From the NCBI GenBank assembly GCA_030603365.1, contig JAUVXV010000001.1, positions 608,001 through 672,000 of the forward strand: 64,000 nt of DNA. The letters are read 5' to 3'. Source of the stretch: Candidatus Heimdallarchaeota archaeon (GTDB lineage: Archaea; Asgardarchaeota; Heimdallarchaeia; Heimdallarchaeales; Heimdallarchaeaceae). The translations under genes were made by a program, and so were the position numbers. Every line of letters begins with the position of its first letter. Position 1 is the stretch's first letter. Shown here piece by piece: positions 57,283-64,000 of the stretch. Under the pieces are notes generated by a model that saw nothing but the letters and a program-made list of their open reading frames with translations, was not told the origin of the DNA and ran no database searches.

Positions 57283-59112
57283 TTAGAATATTATCTTCAT
57301 TCCAAATGGTCCACGGAAGATAAATTTACCCTTTTTTTCTTCTACTTCAATAATTAAGTCAACAGGATATCCATTAATTGAAGATTCTTTCGAAATAGAA
57401 ACTTTTACTAGGCCTTCATAGATTTTTATTTGTCTCCCAGGACTCACATCATAAGAAGAAAAAGGTGTATTTAGAATGAGAGCAATTCTGGGTGAAAAGT
57501 AAGGATTCTTTAATAGAATGAAAGAATACATGTTCCCTTCTTTCACATATCTTCCATTGTGATAAACATAGAACCATTCTTGCAGGAAAACATTGAGTTC
57601 ATTCACGGGTATATATTCTTGTGTTACTAATCTCTGTAATTCTGTGATGTCAGCATAACTGATGACTGGTAATTCATAAACACCCAATTCTTGTAAATCC
57701 TCAATTCCTTGATAAATTTCTTCTGTACATCTTTCTTTTATAGAATAATGAAGTATTACTAACAATTCAAGAGTATCCTTTGCTAGAATCTGATCTTTCA
57801 GATTAATGGCCAGATAATGTGATTGAAGTAAGATTAATAGTGCGAGCTCAAATTGTCTTCTTTGAAGAAGAATATAACCTATCTGAATAAGAAGAGCGAT
57901 TTCATCTTTTCCATCCAAGACTGCTTTCTTATCAATTAATCCACTTTCCATAATAGTCGAAGCCAAGATTACAGCTCTTGTGAGACGAAGTAAATCTAGC
58001 CTTTCTTGTCGTTCACATAAAAACAAAAATTTCTCTGAATAGTACCCCTTTAGTCTCTCATGATTATCGGTTACAAGAAAATAAACCATCCTAAGAAAGT
58101 GCAAATCCATAAAAATGTCTGAAACAAGTGAAGGAAATATTGATGAGATCTCTGTTATAGTATTTAGATGTCCTTCAAGTTTCTCAAAATCTAATAAAGT
58201 GAATTCAACAATGCTTAGAAGATAAAGAATTCGAGCTTTCAGTCTTACAGATAATTCTTCAATATAACTCTCTTTTTCCATTAATGCTATTCTTAATTCT
58301 AAAGATAAATCAGATAAAATAGTGTACGCCTCTACAAGTTCAAATCTTAAAGTTTCTAGATTTCCAGTTTCTACTTTTTCTATGTAATTGGGGAACTCAA
58401 ACTCTATTTCATTCATCATTTCTATTAGCATATTTTCTTCTGGAAGAGTGTGATACTGAGCTGTTTCTTGTTGAGGTGAAATTTTGTCAACCTGTGTAAA
58501 CTTTTGAAGAACACTAATTGCATGTTCTTGTATTTTTTTAATTCTTGTAACAGGATCAAACATTTGACTTTTTTCTACGGAATGACGAATCTCATCAGAT
58601 AGGATGATATCATGTATTTTGTCTAAAACCTCATTATGTTCTGCTTTTAAGCATGTATTCCTTAATAGAAAAATAAAAGAAGAACTGATAAGAACAGGAA
58701 CCTCAACAGATTCGCAAGTTTTCACAAGTTTTAAATCGCTTGAAACTACAATACCATTAATTTCTTTAGCTGCGACAATGTTTGACAAATCATTAATCTG
58801 GGGAGAGGAAAGATTTTCATCTAGATTATCCTTAAATTTTCGAACATCTTTCATTGGAACTCTAAGGATCTGAACAGGGGGTTTAATTCTTCTGCGAAGA
58901 TACCAACGTATTTCTTGTAGGATGTAGTTAGTTACATACAGTTCAATACCCATATCAGAAATAATTTCAAGAAAGATTGTGAAATCAGAGGGATTTTTCT
59001 CAAATCCACTAATGAAGAAATTGGTATCTAACACGAATTTATTTGATTGAACACTATTAGCATTCATTCTTTCCCCTCTGTTTTCTACTTCTCCTAAGAT
59101 AAGAATAAGCAA
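57283..59112 (-). CDS. PIN-domain protein with long helical C-terminal region
   Basis: FVLDTNFFI, E, NDLS..A......VVSSD acidic PIN residues; real start probably MNANSV. Confidence 0.7.
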   Translation of the reverse strand: MLILILGEVENRGERMNANSVQSNKFVLDTNFFISGFEKNPSDFTIFLEIISDMGIELYVTNYILQEIRWYLRRRIKPPVQILRVPMKDVRKFKDNLDENLSSPQINDLSNIVAAKEINGIVVSSDLKLVKTCESVEVPVLISSSFIFLLRNTCLKAEHNEVLDKIHDIILSDEIRHSVEKSQMFDPVTRIKKIQEHAISVLQKFTQVDKISPQQETAQYHTLPEENMLIEMMNEIEFEFPNYIEKVETGNLETLRFELVEAYTILSDLSLELRIALMEKESYIEELSVRLKARILYLLSIVEFTLLDFEKLEGHLNTITEISSIFPSLVSDIFMDLHFLRMVYFLVTDNHERLKGYYSEKFLFLCERQERLDLLRLTRAVILASTIMESGLIDKKAVLDGKDEIALLIQIGYILLQRRQFELALLILLQSHYLAINLKDQILAKDTLELLVILHYSIKERCTEEIYQGIEDLQELGVYELPVISYADITELQRLVTQEYIPVNELNVFLQEWFYVYHNGRYVKEGNMYSFILLKNPYFSPRIALILNTPFSSYDVSPGRQIKIYEGLVKVSISKESSINGYPVDLIIEVEEKKGKFIFRGPFGMKIIF

Positions 59113-60703
59113 TTATTGAATAAAAAACTATCTGCACTATGTGAATACCAATAGATGTTTCTTCCGTCTCGGTGAAAAATGGCATTGACATATTTTCAGG
59201 TTTAGATTCTAAAAAGTAATCATAATAATAATTATCAAATGTTTCAATAATTGAAAGGTCTGTATAATCCTGTAAAAAGGAATAATAGTCTTCTTTGAAA
59301 TAGAAAGAAAATCCGTCAAGAAGACCCTCTTGTGAATAAGCTAGCCAACCTTCAGTTTCAAAGCTTATGTCTGTTACAGCATAACTTGGAATAACTTTTC
59401 TCGTATTATTAGTTATGTAATGAAGCGCTCCATGCCATAATAATTGATGAAATCCAGCATTAAATTGATATTCAAGATGGAGACTTACTTGCTTAATGGT
59501 GTACAAAGAACTTGTTACTCCAGAAAGAACAAATTCAAACCCATTAAGCTCATCTTCTATCTGTTCCCAGATACTTTTTACTAATTTTACACCACCAATA
59601 TAACTATCCCAAATTGGGATTAAAGTTGGTGGTATAAAAGAGATCCAGGAATCATGAATTGGTGATGATGAATAATAAGTTTCAGTCACATTGTTATAAA
59701 CTAGAAGGTGGGTATCAAAATCTAAACCTTCATGATAAAATAAATATCTCAATCCGAGAGTTTGGTTCATTTGATCAAACCAAAGTTTCCATTCTTCCAA
59801 TCGTTCCTCTGTAGAAATACTATTGTCATACACTTCATAATTCGCAGAGCTATTAGTTATGAACATGTTTTTTTGAGTTTGTACTAACGGAGATAAGATT
59901 TCTTCATACCCCTGAAGTGATATAATGAAAACACTACTTCTTTCCTCAAAGACAAAGTGCAATGATAGTGAAAGAAGTAATCCTGTTTCTTTATTCCATG
60001 TTGCTTTCATGTTTATTGGTGTATCTAGGTTAATATCTAGAGATACAGTAAACTCTTCATAATCTTGATTATAAACATTAATAGTAAATGATTCGTTTAG
60101 TATAAGACTAGTAAATTCAGCTTCATATCTGTTAAAATTGTTTCCAATAATGAAAGGTAAGAAATCAAAATAATTAGAATCCTTTATCAAACTTCCAAAA
60201 TTAGGTCGAGTGATATTTGTAAAAATATTAGGAATGTAAATTGTTGAGGCTTCTGGTAATTCAGCTTCTAGAACACTTGCTTCCACAGGATGATAATTAA
60301 AACCTATAAGATTGCTAAGAAATTCTCCTCCTGTATCGATACTAGCACCAATGGTGTCACCTAGAATGATATAATTTTCATAAGAATAAACTGAAACATC
60401 GGTATCTTCAAATTTATCTGATTCTATATAATATATCTCCCTTAGTTCTGTTTTCCTATTTTTAACCAGAACATTGAATTGACTACCAGTAAATGAACCA
60501 TCAATATCAAAACCTAAGATTTCAAACATCTTATTTAGATTTTCCCCTTGGATAATTTCATAGTTTAGCTGATACCCTTTGTCTTGAAAGCTGATTGTAC
60601 GGAAATCAACCTCTGAATCTGAATAGATATTGTTGGGTTTGATAAGAAGAACGAATATTAATATAAATGTCAGACATTTTGTTTTATTTTTCACTCTTAT
60701 CAC
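59057..60703 (-). CDS. Secreted surface protein with C-terminal TM anchor
   Basis: Signal peptide, two related beta-rich halves (WNKETGLL / YSQEGLL), TEETS-TM-RRSRK. Confidence 0.65.
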   Translation of the reverse strand: MIRVKNKTKCLTFILIFVLLIKPNNIYSDSEVDFRTISFQDKGYQLNYEIIQGENLNKMFEILGFDIDGSFTGSQFNVLVKNRKTELREIYYIESDKFEDTDVSVYSYENYIILGDTIGASIDTGGEFLSNLIGFNYHPVEASVLEAELPEASTIYIPNIFTNITRPNFGSLIKDSNYFDFLPFIIGNNFNRYEAEFTSLILNESFTINVYNQDYEEFTVSLDINLDTPINMKATWNKETGLLLSLSLHFVFEERSSVFIISLQGYEEILSPLVQTQKNMFITNSSANYEVYDNSISTEERLEEWKLWFDQMNQTLGLRYLFYHEGLDFDTHLLVYNNVTETYYSSSPIHDSWISFIPPTLIPIWDSYIGGVKLVKSIWEQIEDELNGFEFVLSGVTSSLYTIKQVSLHLEYQFNAGFHQLLWHGALHYITNNTRKVIPSYAVTDISFETEGWLAYSQEGLLDGFSFYFKEDYYSFLQDYTDLSIIETFDNYYYDYFLESKPENMSMPFFTETEETSIGIHIVQIVFYSIIAYSYLRRSRKQRGKNEC

Positions 60704-63620
60704 CCTTTTTTACTTTTGATTTGATCTTTTTTTCCTCTCTGAAGGAAACAACTACAGCAGGAGGGACAATGAATAAACGTGACACAAACACATCGATAAG
60801 TATTCCAATACCTAAACCTAAACCTAATTGTTGCATATGGATAGAAGATGTAAAGACCAAGCTTAGGTAGGTAACAGCCATGATTAAGCCAGCAACAGAG
60901 ATGTTGTTCATTGTTTGATTCACTGCAGATACAATAGCTTCTTTTGAATCTTGTTTTTCTTCAAAGATGTTCTCAAATATTCCTAAAAATAATACATCAA
61001 AATCCAAACCCAATGCTGTTAAAACCGCATATAACATTAGAGGAACAATCCAGTATATCTGACCCCCTAAGAATAAAAGTGTAATAATACTGAAGATACC
61101 TAAACTAATACCCAGCGACATTAAAATTGTTACTAACACCCTTACAGACATTAAGAAATCTCTTAAAAATAGGAGTAGAAGTGAAACTATCGCTAAAGAA
61201 GCAAACACAAAAATCAAATTAAAATCAATAATTATACCTGTTTTGGAATCATAGAGTACTGGAGCAAATCCTGTAACATAAGTATTCCATTCAGAGATAT
61301 CTCTTTCTTCAAGTTGTGCTTGGATTGTATCCCTGACAGCTTCTATTTGAACGTCAAGTTTTTCATCTCCTTCCATATACTGAGACCCTAAAACTACAAT
61401 TCCAAAAGCACTATCTGATAGGATATAGTTTTTCATTAAGATTTGAATCTCTTCTATAAGAAACAGAGAGCCATTTTCCATGCTCTCATAATATGGCGTT
61501 CCTAAAGGATGACTTAATCCTGAATCTATCTTGAGATCTGCATCTTTCCGAACTTCTTCAGTAATTGCAAGAACATGATCAATTGATTCAAAATTCAAGC
61601 TTTGGTTATCAAATAAGAATGAATCAGTTTCTGTAGATTGGAAAAGAATAATTACTTGACTTATTTGTTCAACTCCCATGTGCTCAGTTATAGCATCCAT
61701 TCCTTGTCGTGAATGATATGTTTGAGGAGCTGTTGATATTTGAGCATAATCAGTAGGAACTATAAAGAAAATTACTGCTCCAACAACTGATATAATCAAT
61801 GCAATTACTAGGATTTTCTTAGGGTTGTGAACAGTCTTTTTTACATATTTAATAATTGAAAATTTTCTTCCTTTAAACAGTTTAATATTGATTCTCCACT
61901 TTGTGAGTATGTCTGCCTTAACTAGAATTAATATGGCAGGAATTAGGGTTAGTGATACTACCATACTTGTTAGGAAACCTATAGTACCTCCTATTCCTAA
62001 TCCTGTTGCAGTGGCAAATCTACTTAGGATTAATGCTCCGAAACCAAACGCTAGTGATAGTGAAGAAATAACAATACTCTTTGAAGTACGTTTTAAGGTG
62101 ATTTTTAATGCTTCAAGCTTTGATTCTGTTTTTTGAAGATTGAGGAGATAATCTCCCATTAGGAATACACAATAATCAGTTGTAGCTCCTAAAAGGCTTA
62201 CACTCAGAATCATTAAACTCGTAGATCCTAACCCACCTATACTGGAACCTATCCCTATGAAAATCAAACGTGAAACTCCAAAGGATATTGCTAAGACAAA
62301 AATCTGAATTAATGGTAGAATGGGGGAACGGTATACCAATAAGAGGATAACAATAATTGAAATTACGACTATGAGATCTGTTTTTTGGAGTTGGGTCTCA
62401 TAATCCAATGATATTTCAACAATAAAGAAATCAATTCCCGTTACATAAATCTCTAAAGGTAAGTTTTCTTGTTGCATTTGTGGTAGTATACTAAGCATCT
62501 CAAGATATGCAGCTTTACCTTTTTCGTTTAGATGATTCAACGCTAAATTAAAAGTTATCAGAGTTGAATCAGTCTCCTCTATACTTAAATTGAAATTTGT
62601 ATATTGTTTTAGAAAAGTTTTAATTATTTCCTCTGTTATTGGGGGGATAGTTTGTTCTAATCTTAAAATTGGTAGGAGATACTTATTTTTAGCATCAATA
62701 AAGCCTTCAATGTTTCCATCATCATAGACTTCTTGGACAAAATCAACATTAGAGGATTCAGTAGAATTAAACAAGAACTCGGTAATCTTCTGATACCCAT
62801 AAGTTGAATTTTGCCATAAACTTTCATTGAAATTATCTGATATAGATAGTAGTAGTTGTTGTTGGCGATAATCTGAAGTGAACTCTTCGAAGAAACTTCT
62901 ATTACTCCTTATAATGCTCTTTGACAATTCCAGTACTTCTTCTTCATTACTAGGAACTGAGCTATTTGCAGCATCTTTGAACACTTCTGAAAAAGAACTA
63001 AAGAAATCATTAGCAGTGGATAAGTATCTAGATTCATTATAACCATCTAGAACTGTTTTTAAATAATTTTTTGTTAAGGTTTCAGAAATGTCTGTAGAGA
63101 GTTCAATATCGTTAGTAACATTATACTGAACTATCCAAGTGCTGCTAAAACATTCTAAACCACCCCATACGAAATGTATAGAAGAAAAAGCCATTTGTGT
63201 TGCAAACCATTGCAAGCTTAAAATCGATCTTAATAGATTATCCGCATCATCAAAGAGTGAGGCATAAGGTTTGCTAGGTGATAAAAAAGGACCTATCTTT
63301 GGATTGTGTGAGATATTGTAGACCAAACTAGAAATAATAGAATGCATTTCATCAGTTAAGATACTTCCATTAGGATTGAATATTAGTATTTGAAACGAAC
63401 TATTTACTTCACTGAAAGTAGAAAGAATTTCAGTACCCACAGAAGATTCAGAAGGTCTAGACGTAGAAAGGTTTGATCCTTCATCCTCAACATAATCAGT
63501 GACATTCAATATTTTGTTAATATTTATTGAGACAAGTAAAGACCAGAATAATATTATGCAAATTGCAAAAACTTTTGGTTTCTTTAACAGTTTGTCCCAT
63601 ATTTCCAAATTAATCAACAA
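60684..63620 (-). CDS. MMPL/RND family transporter
   Basis: Two RND repeats: YVTG, LVYRS, GATTDYCVF, LGLDFDVLF, large extracytoplasmic loops. Confidence 0.9.
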   Translation of the reverse strand: MLINLEIWDKLLKKPKVFAICIILFWSLLVSININKILNVTDYVEDEGSNLSTSRPSESSVGTEILSTFSEVNSSFQILIFNPNGSILTDEMHSIISSLVYNISHNPKIGPFLSPSKPYASLFDDADNLLRSILSLQWFATQMAFSSIHFVWGGLECFSSTWIVQYNVTNDIELSTDISETLTKNYLKTVLDGYNESRYLSTANDFFSSFSEVFKDAANSSVPSNEEEVLELSKSIIRSNRSFFEEFTSDYRQQQLLLSISDNFNESLWQNSTYGYQKITEFLFNSTESSNVDFVQEVYDDGNIEGFIDAKNKYLLPILRLEQTIPPITEEIIKTFLKQYTNFNLSIEETDSTLITFNLALNHLNEKGKAAYLEMLSILPQMQQENLPLEIYVTGIDFFIVEISLDYETQLQKTDLIVVISIIVILLLVYRSPILPLIQIFVLAISFGVSRLIFIGIGSSIGGLGSTSLMILSVSLLGATTDYCVFLMGDYLLNLQKTESKLEALKITLKRTSKSIVISSLSLAFGFGALILSRFATATGLGIGGTIGFLTSMVVSLTLIPAILILVKADILTKWRINIKLFKGRKFSIIKYVKKTVHNPKKILVIALIISVVGAVIFFIVPTDYAQISTAPQTYHSRQGMDAITEHMGVEQISQVIILFQSTETDSFLFDNQSLNFESIDHVLAITEEVRKDADLKIDSGLSHPLGTPYYESMENGSLFLIEEIQILMKNYILSDSAFGIVVLGSQYMEGDEKLDVQIEAVRDTIQAQLEERDISEWNTYVTGFAPVLYDSKTGIIIDFNLIFVFASLAIVSLLLLFLRDFLMSVRVLVTILMSLGISLGIFSIITLLFLGGQIYWIVPLMLYAVLTALGLDFDVLFLGIFENIFEEKQDSKEAIVSAVNQTMNNISVAGLIMAVTYLSLVFTSSIHMQQLGLGLGIGILIDVFVSRLFIVPPAVVVSFREEKKIKSKVKKGDKSEK

Positions 63621-63858
63621 ATGATTATTTTCATTTCATATTTATATTTGTATTTCTAATTCCCTTGCTAAAAATTTCATTTACTGAACAGAAGTGCATT
63701 TGTATAATTTTTTTTTCTTATTTTTCAATATCTGGTTTCTTTACCGAGTAATTTAAAAGCAACGGACAATAGATAGCTTAGATGACTTGAGATTTACAAT
63801 TTAAAACACTATAATAATCTCAGTAAAAATGCTCATCGTGAAGAAATTGTGTGTTAAA

Positions 63859-64000
63859 ATGACTGAAGAGGAAAATCTTGAAGAAGATACAGTTGTTGAA
63901 GATGAAAGCATCAAGAATCTAGCTATTTCTGCCGATAAACCTGTTATTATCCTATCTATGGAATTAATGGCAATGAATCTTAGATTGAATATCGAACATA
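63859..64000 (+). CDS. Partial ORF (MTEEENLEED...), runs off the window end
   Basis: Open frame from ATG 63859 to the end of the window. Confidence 0.5.
   Translation, partial: MTEEENLEEDTVVEDESIKNLAISADKPVIILSMELMAMNLRLNIEH

Overview
Low-GC archaeal chromosome segment, most likely Asgard (Heimdallarchaeia-like). This is inferred from the eS30/Elp3/fibrillarin/Nop5/eS8/SRP19/Gar1/Rpc34-like core genes, the NosD-like surface proteins with C-terminal anchors and a Site-1-protease-like subtilase. Positions 1-12.3 kb and about 32.8-64 kb are mostly housekeeping and membrane genes. The main unexplained structure lies at 12.4-29 kb. It begins with an unannotated, highly structured ~330-nt putative ncRNA (about 12466-12810) that has its own BRE/TATA and T-tract. 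The last 42 bp of this RNA recur as six more direct copies (15463, 16257, 18585, 19383, 20140, 28914). These copies cut the next 16 kb into six cassettes that mostly encode paralogous, membrane-anchored surface proteins. This looks like an integron-like or tandem-islet array built by repeated integration into the 3' end of a novel RNA gene, but no integrase is visible in the window. About 1.6 kb past the last repeat is a protein made of a ~140-aa acidic tract plus a large-serine-recombinase DNA-binding domain, with no catalytic domain. Other notable items: a mevalonate-cluster thiolase with all three catalytic motifs substituted, a circularly permuted family-5 solute-binding protein, a shared EE[S/T/A]-TM-basic C-terminal sorting motif, a K-turn hairpin leader and a heptad-repeat Nop5 tail. 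All calls come from motif recognition by eye; no searches were run.
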